IMG/VR virus record: IMGVR_UViG_3300032053_000003
Location: 94,392-158,391 of that record
Length of the DNA: 64,000 nt
Source: a virus
Reading direction: 5' to 3' (one strand)
How positions within the stretch are numbered: the first letter of the stretch is position 1; the number at the start of each line of letters is the position of its first letter. Of the stretch, positions 8,323 through 17,022 are shown piece by piece. A program made the translations under genes and the position numbers. The notes beneath the pieces were generated by a model. That model was not told where the DNA came from. It saw only the letters and a list, made by a program, of their open reading frames with translations, and did no database searches.

Positions 8323-9352
8323 TTCGTTATTACTAATATTTACTCTCCTTCTACAGGTTGTTATTGGTTTATATGGTTGGAAAATTTTGAAGATAGCCGA
8401 CTATATTGATATTTGGAGGAAGGGTTGGGCCTTTTTCATTATAGCAGCTGTAACGACTCTTCTGAGAAGAGTATGCGAGTTAGTGGGGTTAGGTGTTAAT
8501 AACTATACTCATATTATGTTATCTGTTGTCTCTACTGTATTTTTATTATTGTTTATCTATTGCATAGCTAAGGTATTTGTTAATATATCAAAGTTGCATG
8601 ATGAGAGTATATTTACCACTGTTCTTAAAGAGATTCCTATAGGTATTCTTATTCATGATTTGGACTCTTCCGTTGTGTACTCTAACCCCATGGCTTCAAA
8701 GATTCTTGGTACTACAGAATCTTTATCTGGACTCTTTACCAGTAAACAGTGGCATTTTTTAAGAGAGGACTCAACACCTCTTCCTGAAGATGAATATCCA
8801 GTAAATAGGATTATTAAGTCAGGTAAAGCATTTTCTAATATGGTCATTGGTATCAATCATCGTAAGAGTACACTGTGGGTGCTGTGCAATGCTTATTTTA
8901 TAAATGAAAAGAACCAGGTTGTTACTGTATTTGCTGATGTAAGCTACCTTAAAAGAATGGAGGGAGAGTTAGGGCTGTCTGAAGAAAAGTACAGGAGAGC
9001 TTTTATGTCCAGCCACGATGGAATTATCATCAGTAGGATGTCAGATGGTCTGGTTAACTCCATTAATAAAACTTTTACTATCCTTACTGGTTATACAGAA
9101 GAGGAGATCAAGGGCAAGACTACTATTGATCTTGGTATCTGGAAAAACATTGAGGATCGTAATAAGGTTGTTTCTGACCTTCAGAGTGGTAATGGGGTTA
9201 TGGACTTTGATTGCTATTTTGTCCGTAAGGATGGGAAAGATTTACATGGGCTAGTATCTGCTTCAACATTAATTCTTAATCAAGAACTTTATATCCTTAC
9301 ATCTGTAAGAATTGTGCAAGAGAGACTTAATAATCAAAGAATAGGGGATTAA
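8294..9352 (+). CDS. membrane-anchored PAS-domain protein (about 3 TM helices, two PAS-like domains, no output domain)
   Basis: Hydrophobic N-terminus. PAS-like blocks (…DGIIISRMSDGLVNSINKTFTILTGYTEEEIKGKT…DFDCYFVRKDGKDLHG…). Confidence 0.55.
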   Translation: MSLLSMSLSNSLLLIFTLLLQVVIGLYGWKILKIADYIDIWRKGWAFFIIAAVTTLLRRVCELVGLGVNNYTHIMLSVVSTVFLLLFIYCIAKVFVNISKLHDESIFTTVLKEIPIGILIHDLDSSVVYSNPMASKILGTTESLSGLFTSKQWHFLREDSTPLPEDEYPVNRIIKSGKAFSNMVIGINHRKSTLWVLCNAYFINEKNQVVTVFADVSYLKRMEGELGLSEEKYRRAFMSSHDGIIISRMSDGLVNSINKTFTILTGYTEEEIKGKTTIDLGIWKNIEDRNKVVSDLQSGNGVMDFDCYFVRKDGKDLHGLVSASTLILNQELYILTSVRIVQERLNNQRIGD

Positions 9353-9375
9353 TAAAATAAGAATGGAGGTACATT

Positions 9376-9675
9376 ATGAAGATATCATTTTGGAAAGCAT
9401 TAGGGATGGCAGGGCTTCTTGCTGATGAGCTTACTAAGGCAGGAGCAGATGGCAAGGTATCTTTCGATGAGGCTCTGGTAATAGCCAAGGATCTCTCTGT
9501 ATCAGCAGGATTACCCTTTGATGATAAGGGGACTGCTTTGGTGGTTACTACAGTTACTGATCTGATCAATGCAGCTGCTGATGGCAAGATCACGATTGCT
9601 GAGATGATAGCAATCACTGAGAAGCTGTGCAATGCACTGGGGATCGAGTTTGATAAGACCGGCTTCAATGTATAA
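9376..9675 (+). CDS. hypothetical protein with an internal duplication
   Basis: ORF track entry. GGAGG SD. Confidence 0.5.
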   Translation: MKISFWKALGMAGLLADELTKAGADGKVSFDEALVIAKDLSVSAGLPFDDKGTALVVTTVTDLINAAADGKITIAEMIAITEKLCNALGIEFDKTGFNV

Positions 9676-9695
9676 GGATTAGGTGGAGGGAACCC

Positions 9696-9974
9696 ATGAG
9701 CAAAGCAGGAGAGGTTTTAAAAATTATTAATGAAGTAAAAAAAGATCCTGAGTTGCAGTCATCTGATCCTAAAAATGCTAACAGGGCTCTTAAGGCTTTT
9801 CATAAATTGAATCCTACAGTTGATAAAGGGTTTAAAGCTAAGGTTGTATTTGAGCATGGTCATCTTTGGATAGTACATCCTAATGGTGGACAGTGGGATG
9901 TTGTGGATGCTGATGGTCCTGGTACTATAGATGGATTCAGTTTTGAACAGGTAAGTGAACCTGAAGATTTTTAA
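9696..9974 (+). CDS. hypothetical protein, MSKA-tag family (MSKAGEVLKIINE…)
   Basis: The SD and first codons (GGGAACCCATGAGCAAAGCAGGAGA) are duplicated at 9996-10020. Confidence 0.65.
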   Translation: MSKAGEVLKIINEVKKDPELQSSDPKNANRALKAFHKLNPTVDKGFKAKVVFEHGHLWIVHPNGGQWDVVDADGPGTIDGFSFEQVSEPEDF

Positions 9975-10001
9975 GTGGATAAGTAAGGTAAGGGGGAACC
10001 C

Positions 10002-10316
10002 ATGAGCAAAGCAGGAGATTTTATAAAAGTACACGAGACCATATTGTCAGATATTGGTGATCGTTTTGAGTCAACAGTAAAAGCTCTTAGAGATGCTGGG
10101 TTTCTTACAGCAACCTACAGCAAGGGAGATGCTTTTACTCCAGCACAGATCACCCTTGATAATGGTATTGTCATCTCCATTGACAATGATAGTGGTAATC
10201 TGGAGATCCAGCCTGATCCAAGATATATTGCATCCCTCCATAAGAAACAGAGGTTCTTTACTCCTGGGGATCTTATCCAGGCTTTGTCAGGGATGACAAA
10301 GGTAGGTTATCCATGA
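10002..10316 (+). CDS. hypothetical protein, MSKA-tag family (MSKAGDFIKVHE…)
   Basis: Same start segment as 9696. Confidence 0.65.
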   Translation: MSKAGDFIKVHETILSDIGDRFESTVKALRDAGFLTATYSKGDAFTPAQITLDNGIVISIDNDSGNLEIQPDPRYIASLHKKQRFFTPGDLIQALSGMTKVGYP

Positions 10317-10597
10317 CAAAAGCTCAGATACTTCTGGAGAAGATCAAGGAGCCTGTCCCTAAGTTTAAGAAGGGGGATAAGGTAAAGCTTCGTAGTGATG
10401 TCCTGAAGAGGCATTCTAAGAGTGTACCAGCTCATGCTGGATACTCTAAGGAGCAGTTTTCCTGGAGAGCAACCCTTGATAACCTTGAAGGTCAGGTTGG
10501 CACTATTGAGAGGACCTTCCCTAACTCAAAGCATGTCAATGTCCAGTTCCCCAGTACATTGATTGGCATTGATTCTACTGAGCTTGAAGGAGCCTGA
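10313..10597 (+). CDS. hypothetical protein, MSKA-tag family (MTKAQILLEKIKE…)
   Basis: ATGA overlap with the previous gene. Confidence 0.65.
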   Translation: MTKAQILLEKIKEPVPKFKKGDKVKLRSDVLKRHSKSVPAHAGYSKEQFSWRATLDNLEGQVGTIERTFPNSKHVNVQFPSTLIGIDSTELEGA

Positions 10598-10598
10598 T

Positions 10599-10868
10599 AT
10601 GTCAAAAGCAAAGAACCTACTCGATTTATTGCCAAAGGATAAGGGTAAAGGGAGTGTCCTGGATGCTCTAAATGCAGGGAAAGATCCCTACACTTTTAGT
10701 GGTTATCGGATAGCTGAGAATCCAAATGGGGATGAGCTGTGGGCTTTCTCTGCACATTCGGACAAGGTAGCAGTGAAGCACTCCAATGGTAAGTGGGATA
10801 CTGATCTTTCAGTTTTCCCACATATTGTACAGGGGAGACCTCGTAAAGCTCCAACACCTTTAAAGTGA
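10599..10868 (+). CDS. hypothetical protein, MSKA-tag family (MSKAKNLLDLLPK…)
   Basis: ATG 10599 follows the previous stop at 10595-10597. GAAGGAG SD. Confidence 0.65.
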   Translation: MSKAKNLLDLLPKDKGKGSVLDALNAGKDPYTFSGYRIAENPNGDELWAFSAHSDKVAVKHSNGKWDTDLSVFPHIVQGRPRKAPTPLK

Positions 10869-10877
10869 GGAGATCTT

Positions 10878-11021
10878 ATGAATGACGATGAAGATATCTA
10901 TGGATGTCCTTTTTGTGGGAAAGAACTTGGGGACTCTCTACCAGACAAATGCCCTGCCTGTAAGATGCCTATCCATCGTGAAGATGTTGAGGTATATAAG
11001 GATGAGTCTTTAAGGAGATAG
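10878..11021 (+). CDS. small zinc-ribbon protein (47 aa, CPFCG…CPACK)
   Basis: GAGGAG SD. Below the track cutoff. Confidence 0.45.
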   Translation: MNDDEDIYGCPFCGKELGDSLPDKCPACKMPIHREDVEVYKDESLRR

Positions 11022-11023
11022 GT

Positions 11024-11353
11024 ATGACAAAGGCTAAACAGGTTCTTAATATGTTGGAGGGTACTTTTGATATAGGCAATGACTCCTCCTCACATAACAT
11101 CATTGTCAAGATCAAGGGAGTAGATAAGGACTTCTACAAGGCTCCTTTTGGTAGGCAGATTGATGACCTCAAGAAGGTAAAAGCCTTTACAGGTACTGCA
11201 AAAACTGCTTATGTTGATGCAAAGCATAAGGGGACCTTGGCTGCTGTTAAGCAGTGGATCAAAGCAACGAATCCTTCTGAGTATTATGCAAAATGGAAGA
11301 AGGACTCCAGCAATTACAAGGATGACTCTGTTCAAGTATTCTACATAGATTAG
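11024..11353 (+). CDS. hypothetical protein, MSKA-tag family (MTKAKQVLNMLEG…)
   Basis: AAGGAGATAGGT ATG context. Confidence 0.65.
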   Translation: MTKAKQVLNMLEGTFDIGNDSSSHNIIVKIKGVDKDFYKAPFGRQIDDLKKVKAFTGTAKTAYVDAKHKGTLAAVKQWIKATNPSEYYAKWKKDSSNYKDDSVQVFYID

Positions 11354-11366
11354 AGGTAGGTTATTG

Positions 11367-11630
11367 ATGGCAACTGCTATACCCAGTCTTAAACATTGGC
11401 AGAAACATAATGCAGGTCAGTACACTTTTGAAGATCTAAATGGTTACCACTGGGAAATATCCCCATGGGAATGGGGTTTTAACTTAGCAGTACGAAAATG
11501 TGAGGATAAGAAGAAGTGGATCTGGATAACTCTGGACAGTAAAATAGCAGCTAAAGCTGGAGTATCCTATAATAATCTGTTCAACACTCCAGCTCTTGCA
11601 GCCAAAGCAGCTGCTAAAGTACAGTTATAA
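11367..11630 (+). CDS. hypothetical protein
   Basis: ATG 11367 follows the TTG at 11364. Confidence 0.5.
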   Translation: MATAIPSLKHWQKHNAGQYTFEDLNGYHWEISPWEWGFNLAVRKCEDKKKWIWITLDSKIAAKAGVSYNNLFNTPALAAKAAAKVQL

Positions 11631-11640
11631 GGAGATCACT

Positions 11641-12411
11641 TTGAAAATAGCAGATGAACTGATCCCAATGTTTTTGATAGATGTGATGGAGGATGGGGAC
11701 CCTACTCCATCGGCTCCAGGAGGTACTACCATCTCTCAGAATAACTTAGGGCAGGTGCTGCCTACCTATTTCCCCAAGTTTATCAAGAAACGTAAGAAGC
11801 TCATTGAACCCTACAAAGACTTCAGGAAGTCCCAGGATGCCAAGCAGGGACACCATGGCAGTGAGTACACCTACCATAATGGTATGAGGCAGTGGGTTAA
11901 CTCCACAGCAGGTAAGAAGTTCTACAGAAACCTGAGTACCTTCCTGGCTAATCGTGAGCCTGGTCACATGCTCAATCGGTATGAGTCTTCTGAGTTGGCT
12001 TCACTACTCTCTTCCTATCGTACACATGCTCTTCTTGAGCTGAACTATTACAAACCTTTCTCTGAGGAAGTAGACTTCTTCCTTGCTATTGAAGGTGTGA
12101 TTAAGCTCATTGACAAGTACACTGCCCAGATCCTTGAGAAGGTTTTCAAGTATGATGACTTTGAGATCACCGAAGATCTCTATAGCACTATCTTCAGAAT
12201 CATGGAGCCAGCTGGTGTAGTCCACTCCCTTGCCGTGAAGACAGGGAAGACAGATGCTGAAGTCGAGAAGCTCTGGGACAAAGCCAAGGAAGTGGTCAAG
12301 GATGAGTATAAGGCTGGTGAGGATGAGGATAGGTACTGGGCCTTGGTTACAGGTACTCTGAAGAAGATGCTTGGTATTGAAGAGGATGATGGAGGGAAGG
12401 TCAATGACTAA
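11641..12411 (+). CDS. hypothetical protein (~256 aa). Start uncertain: TTG 11641 after an AAGGAG SD, or ATG 11668
   Basis: The track's 11596 start overlaps the upstream gene. Confidence 0.45.
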   Translation: MKIADELIPMFLIDVMEDGDPTPSAPGGTTISQNNLGQVLPTYFPKFIKKRKKLIEPYKDFRKSQDAKQGHHGSEYTYHNGMRQWVNSTAGKKFYRNLSTFLANREPGHMLNRYESSELASLLSSYRTHALLELNYYKPFSEEVDFFLAIEGVIKLIDKYTAQILEKVFKYDDFEITEDLYSTIFRIMEPAGVVHSLAVKTGKTDAEVEKLWDKAKEVVKDEYKAGEDEDRYWALVTGTLKKMLGIEEDDGGKVND

Positions 12412-12610
12412 GGCAGGTAAACTTCTCAGTCTTTTTGAATACAAAATGGAACCATCCTACAAAGGTCTTAAACTTGTAAGGAAGGGGTTGGTTCTTCAGG
12501 CACTCAATGATGATGGTTTCACAAAGTATGAAGTTGCCATTGGATCTGGTGGTTATACCAAGGAAGATGTGGATAAGCTGAAACAGAAAATTGATGCAAA
12601 AGCCCAGTAG
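12404..12610 (+). CDS. hypothetical protein, MSKA-tag family (MTKAGKLLSLFEY…)
   Basis: GGAGGG SD. 8-nt overlap with the previous gene. Confidence 0.65.
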   Translation: MTKAGKLLSLFEYKMEPSYKGLKLVRKGLVLQALNDDGFTKYEVAIGSGGYTKEDVDKLKQKIDAKAQ

Positions 12611-12626
12611 TTTCAAGGGGGATCTG

Positions 12627-12827
12627 ATGTCAAAAGCCAAAAAGTTTCTTGGGGAGTACAAGAAAGAGAATAGTGAGTTTCCTGAGCTGGATAAGGTGTC
12701 TTTGGAGTTAGCCCATATGGTATCCAAAGAGATTAATAAGAGAGTAAAGTCTGTTGAATCTAAGATGCCTTACAAAGCTCAGTATGTTCTGGAAGAGCTT
12801 ATCAAGCATCTGGAAGAGATGGTGTAG
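12627..12827 (+). CDS. hypothetical protein, MSKA-tag family (MSKAKKFLGEYKKE…)
   Basis: AAGGGGGA SD. Confidence 0.65.
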   Translation: MSKAKKFLGEYKKENSEFPELDKVSLELAHMVSKEINKRVKSVESKMPYKAQYVLEELIKHLEEMV

Positions 12828-12829
12828 CT

Positions 12830-13141
12830 ATGGGTAAAGCTAAACAGCTTCTTCATTTGTTGGAATATAATGACGATGAGTGGGATGATGGCTCTGAGGA
12901 AGAGAGACCATCAGATGATGACATAATCCTTCATAACTCTGGTACTCTTGGTAGCAGGACCTCAGTATCTGCTAGTGGGAGACATATTGGTGAGTTCAAA
13001 TCCGATGAAGAGGCTGAAAAGGCCATTGTTGATTGGATCAATAGGAACAAGTTCCATCCTGGTATCTGGTATGTTGATGACCATGGTGGTGTGAGTCCTT
13101 ACTCATTAGATCCAAAGAACCAGAAGAAGATCAAGATATGA
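12830..13141 (+). CDS. hypothetical acidic protein, MSKA-tag family (MGKAKQLLHLLEY…)
   Basis: ORF track entry. Confidence 0.65.
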   Translation: MGKAKQLLHLLEYNDDEWDDGSEEERPSDDDIILHNSGTLGSRTSVSASGRHIGEFKSDEEAEKAIVDWINRNKFHPGIWYVDDHGGVSPYSLDPKNQKKIKI

Positions 13142-13488
13142 ACAAATCACAGTCGTTACTATCTAAACTCAATGAATCTGATGGATATACTGTGGCTACT
13201 GCTCTTGCTGAATTGAGAAATGCAGTAAGGCACGATGCTATAAAGTCCTCCAATCCAAATGCTGCTGGAATAGCTCTTGGTGCTTTTGATGATTATGAGA
13301 AGGAATTTCCTAAGAAAGACAGCAGTGATCCTGAGGATCTTAAGAAGGTTCTCAAGAAGCTTCCTGGTTATTTTACTACAAAGTACAGGGATTGGGAGAT
13401 GCCTGAATACCCTTCCAAGTTCTCTTTCTCAGGTATCAATAAGGTTGTAAGAAAGATAGCAAAGCAGATTGGTGTGCAGGTAGATTAG
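13138..13488 (+). CDS. hypothetical protein, tag variant (MNKSQSLLSKLNE…)
   Basis: ATGA overlap with the previous gene. Confidence 0.55.
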   Translation: MNKSQSLLSKLNESDGYTVATALAELRNAVRHDAIKSSNPNAAGIALGAFDDYEKEFPKKDSSDPEDLKKVLKKLPGYFTTKYRDWEMPEYPSKFSFSGINKVVRKIAKQIGVQVD

Positions 13489-13499
13489 ATAACAAATCC

Positions 13500-13509
13500 G
13501 TTTCAGTCC
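13500..13509 (+). promoter_or_regulatory. GTTTCAGTCC motif upstream of the capsid operon
   Basis: The same decamer-like motif recurs at 26771-26806 and heads the 40229-40660 array. Confidence 0.3.
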
Positions 13510-13609
13510 CCTAAGTTTCGGTTTTCTTAATAGATCAGGTATACATTAATCAGTCTTATCTCGGAACAATTTTTAACCTCGTTTTTATCAATAAACACAG
13601 GAGTAATCT

Positions 13610-15178
13610 ATGAACAGGACTAAGCTCGTGGATGCCTATGAAGTCAGGGAGTCCTCCTACTCTATTACTTCAGCACCTGTAACAAATGCAGGTGGGTTCC
13701 ATATTCTGGGCAGACTCACTGGGCCTCATTTCGTTCCTAATGGAACGTCTAGGAATCAGAGGTACTACTCCAAGTCTCTCTGGGAAAGAGTAATGACTGA
13801 TGAGAAAACCAAGCAAAAGCTGGAGAGAAGGCTGATGTTTGGTACCATTGGTCATGCTGATAACTTCGATGTGGAGAAGTTTGCCAGGGAAGGTCTGCTC
13901 TCTCATGTCACAGTCAATATGTGGATAGATGAGGGTACAGGTCTTGGAATGGCTGAGGATTGGATACTCGACACTCCAGCAGGTAAGAACCTGTTTGCCA
14001 TGTGTAAAGCTGGATGTCGTTTTTATACATCGTCCAGGGCATCTGGTTCCTTCAAGAATGAGAAGAAGGATGGTTTGCCAGTAGTGGATGAGTCAACATA
14101 TGATTTAGGTGGATGGGACATGGTTGTTGATCCTGGTTTTCTTGAAGCTGATCCATCACTTGTGGAGAGTCTAAAGAGGAACGGTATTGACTTCGGAGTC
14201 CAAACCATATCGAAACCCAAGAAAAATGGAGGTAATATTATGTCAACAGAGTTGCTTGAAAAGCTTACCAAAGAGAAGATCGCAGTTGAAAACGGACTTC
14301 GTGAGGCTCTTGTGGAGCTTAATGCATATAAGAAGATCGGAACCCCTGAAAGAATCAGAGAGGCCCTGAGAGCTTATATGGCATTTGGTTCCCCTGCCGA
14401 GATCACGAAGGCTTTTGATATTGCCGAAGCATCTATCAAGAAGCTTCAGGGCAGTGTCAAGAAGTATGAAGGACTCGGTTCCATTCCCGACATCGAAAAG
14501 GCTCTCCAGATTGCTGAGACCATGTTGAACAAGTACAAGGCACTCGGTACCTCTGAAGATATTGAAGAGGCTTTGGACAGAGCCACAGTCGTGTTTGAAG
14601 AGTACAAGGTACTTGGTACACCGAAAGAGATTGATGAAGCCCTTGATAAGGCTACATCGATGGCTCAGGTCTCCAAGAAGGCCAAGAACGAGATCATGGC
14701 AAAACGTCTTGCCAAGGCTTACAAGGCTCCGTACAAGACTGCCTATGCCCTGGTGGAAAAGCTTGGTGCCAAGGAAGCAGAGAAGATGCTCAAGTCTCTC
14801 CGTGAAGAGGATGAGTCAGGTTACAGGCTCGGTATTGAGTGGCCTGGTAACCCTGCTGATGACAAGCTCATGAAGAACTACGATGACGAGGGTGAAGTCA
14901 TTCTCGGTGACACTGTGGGTCCTGAGGGTTCAATCGACCTGGATAAGGATTCCACTCCCGATGAGGAAGCCAGGGAAGATGACCTCGACACTGAGGAGCC
15001 TGGTGAGGGAACAGCCAAGTCAGGTGGTGAGCTGAAGGATGACCCTGAAGACACCGATGATGACGAAGATCAGAGGAAGCAGGAAGCTCTCCGTAGAAGG
15101 AATCGTAAGATTCAGGAGAGCAAAGGCAAAGGTTACACACCCCTGTCTATCTTTGAGCAGTTGATTTCCAAGAGGTAG
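13610..15178 (+). CDS. prohead protease / scaffolding fusion protein (HK97-like protease N-domain, repetitive coiled-coil C-domain)
   Basis: N-domain with …RRLMFGTIGHAD… resembling the protease His motif. C-terminal ~22-aa repeats (…LGT.E.I.EAL..A…). Sits immediately upstream of the MCP gene. Confidence 0.5.
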   Translation: MNRTKLVDAYEVRESSYSITSAPVTNAGGFHILGRLTGPHFVPNGTSRNQRYYSKSLWERVMTDEKTKQKLERRLMFGTIGHADNFDVEKFAREGLLSHVTVNMWIDEGTGLGMAEDWILDTPAGKNLFAMCKAGCRFYTSSRASGSFKNEKKDGLPVVDESTYDLGGWDMVVDPGFLEADPSLVESLKRNGIDFGVQTISKPKKNGGNIMSTELLEKLTKEKIAVENGLREALVELNAYKKIGTPERIREALRAYMAFGSPAEITKAFDIAEASIKKLQGSVKKYEGLGSIPDIEKALQIAETMLNKYKALGTSEDIEEALDRATVVFEEYKVLGTPKEIDEALDKATSMAQVSKKAKNEIMAKRLAKAYKAPYKTAYALVEKLGAKEAEKMLKSLREEDESGYRLGIEWPGNPADDKLMKNYDDEGEVILGDTVGPEGSIDLDKDSTPDEEAREDDLDTEEPGEGTAKSGGELKDDPEDTDDDEDQRKQEALRRRNRKIQESKGKGYTPLSIFEQLISKR

Positions 15179-15284
15179 TCTCATACCTCTTTACAAATAG
15201 TTCCTCAGGTTGAGTTAATACTTCCATGCACTTCATGGGGTAGTTCCTAAACCTACCAATCCCAAAAATTATGGAGGTATTCCC

Positions 15285-16709
15285 ATGGATATGAATGAGA
15301 AGATGCTTCTTGAGAAGTATCAGAAAAAGACAGACAGACTGTATGAAAAGTACAAGGGTGCTATTGACAACGTGTCTCGTGCCTTTTTGTCCAGGCAGGG
15401 TCGTTCCATGAACCAGTTCGATGTGTACGCTCTCGGTAAAATGCTTGAGAACTACAACTCTTACATCAGGATGATCCCTGAGACCGTTTCCCAGAACTAC
15501 TTGGGTAGGGTGCTGCCCACTGCAATGGACATCATTGCATCGTCCTATGTGACATCAATCATGCCAGCCATTTCATCGGTTCAGCCGATGGACGAACTTG
15601 TGGGGGTCATCTTCTACAAGACGAACTACGTGGATAATGGCAGTGGCCCTCAGCAGACCTTCGATCCGTTTGGTAAGAGAAACTGGGGTTCTGACCAGTT
15701 TGCATCCGATTTCGTTCAGGATGAGCTGCTCGGTACTCTGGCTGCTGGATCTGGTTCAATCTATCTGGATTGCACTGGGGTCCTTGCCAAACACGGTTGC
15801 CGTAAAGGTACCCTGATTGTTAAGATCATGCATGGCACAAACCTGCTGGTCACTGGTGTTTCTGACAGTGATGGCAATGTGTATGGTCCCAATGGTCTGA
15901 CAGGCTCCTACAACCCCGATACAGGCAATATAACGGTAGAGCTGCTTCATGAGGAAGTAGTTGGTGCTCAGGTTGGGGACCGTGTGCTCTGCACATACAA
16001 CTTCGACTTTGAAGCCAATATTACCAACATCCCGAAGTCCACGTTCCGGTTCACGGACAAGACCGTCAGGGCTCGTATCTACATGCTTGAAGGTCAGTGG
16101 GGTCTCATCACTGAGTACACCTTGCAGAAAAGGTTCGGAAGGGCAATGGATGTTGAAGTTGCCAATGACCTCCGTGCTGAATTGAATGCAGAGGTGGCCT
16201 CAGCTGCTATTTCCACCATCTACCAGAACCTGGTGGGTGAGGTAACGTACCCCAAGAATCCTACCCCTGGCACATCAGCCTATGAGCATCGTATGATGTT
16301 CCGTGATGTTCTCAACAACACCACCAACAAGATCATTGCCAATGTGGGCAAAGGCCGTGTGAGTTACATCATTGCTGGTGGTAACCTGTTCACCATCTTG
16401 GCATCCCAGCCTGGGTTCAAGTTCTTTGAGACTGGCTCCGAGATTGGTCCTCATGTTGCTGGTCAGCTGGATGATATCACCATCATCCGTGCAGTAAGTG
16501 ATAACCTCGTTCCTACTGATGAGGGTATTGCTGGTTACCGTGGTGCCAACTGGTTTGAGTCAGGTGTCGTGTACGCTCCGTACCTGCCTCTCTTCATCAC
16601 TGGTACCGTCCAGATCGGGTCTGCCTTCCAGCAAGCTATGGGTGCTGCTCATGCTGCTGCAATCGAGATGGTTGTTCCTGCCTTCACGACCAAGATCAGG
16701 CTCACGTAA
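15285..16709 (+). CDS. major capsid protein
   Basis: 474 aa. Position after protease/scaffold. Followed by a strong hairpin terminator. Confidence 0.55.
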   Translation: MDMNEKMLLEKYQKKTDRLYEKYKGAIDNVSRAFLSRQGRSMNQFDVYALGKMLENYNSYIRMIPETVSQNYLGRVLPTAMDIIASSYVTSIMPAISSVQPMDELVGVIFYKTNYVDNGSGPQQTFDPFGKRNWGSDQFASDFVQDELLGTLAAGSGSIYLDCTGVLAKHGCRKGTLIVKIMHGTNLLVTGVSDSDGNVYGPNGLTGSYNPDTGNITVELLHEEVVGAQVGDRVLCTYNFDFEANITNIPKSTFRFTDKTVRARIYMLEGQWGLITEYTLQKRFGRAMDVEVANDLRAELNAEVASAAISTIYQNLVGEVTYPKNPTPGTSAYEHRMMFRDVLNNTTNKIIANVGKGRVSYIIAGGNLFTILASQPGFKFFETGSEIGPHVAGQLDDITIIRAVSDNLVPTDEGIAGYRGANWFESGVVYAPYLPLFITGTVQIGSAFQQAMGAAHAAAIEMVVPAFTTKIRLT

Positions 16710-16733
16710 GCTCCACACTCCTCCTTTACTAAA

Positions 16734-16760
16734 GGGAGTCCCTGAAGCTGAGGGACTCCC
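16734..16760 (+). terminator. intrinsic terminator after the MCP gene
   Basis: Perfect 10-bp stem GGGAGTCCCT/AGGGACTCCC with a 7-nt loop, then CTCTTTAAAT. Confidence 0.6.
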
Positions 16761-16784
16761 CTCTTTAAATAACCAGGAGATTAT

Positions 16785-16964
16785 ATGACTAAGGCAGAAC
16801 TTTTTCTTGAGAAATTTAATGAGATGGCACAGACTGGAAAAGTCAGTGGTGTGGCTACAAAGGTGAAAAAAGAGGGTGACAATCTCACCGTTAAGTACCA
16901 TGACACCAATGTAGTAGAGGTTACCAAGGACAAGTCTATCAAAAGAAGGGTAACTGGTTTGTAG
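16785..16964 (+). CDS. small protein, MSKA-tag family (MTKAELFLEKFNE…, 59 aa)
   Basis: Missed by the track (<60 aa). CAGGAG SD. Confidence 0.55.
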   Translation: MTKAELFLEKFNEMAQTGKVSGVATKVKKEGDNLTVKYHDTNVVEVTKDKSIKRRVTGL

Positions 16965-17022
16965 ACTACAAAGGAGAAACCATTCCTTTCACAGGAAGGA
17001 CCCTGGTTCTGAAGAGGTAATC

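Noticed and set aside
13489-13609. Archaeal-type BRE/TATA promoter (tttttatcaataaa) implying an archaeal virus
   Set aside because: AGGAG-type SDs are used throughout, and the tape measure carries a murein (M15) peptidase, which points to a bacterial host. An AT-rich box alone is insufficient.
14187-16788. Alternate-frame + strand ORFs inside the scaffold/MCP genes (14187-14369, 14562-14873, 15598-15816, 15961-16185, 16498-16788)
   Set aside because: They are embedded in long, well-supported genes and encode Arg/Ser-rich low-complexity 'proteins' typical of off-frame translation.
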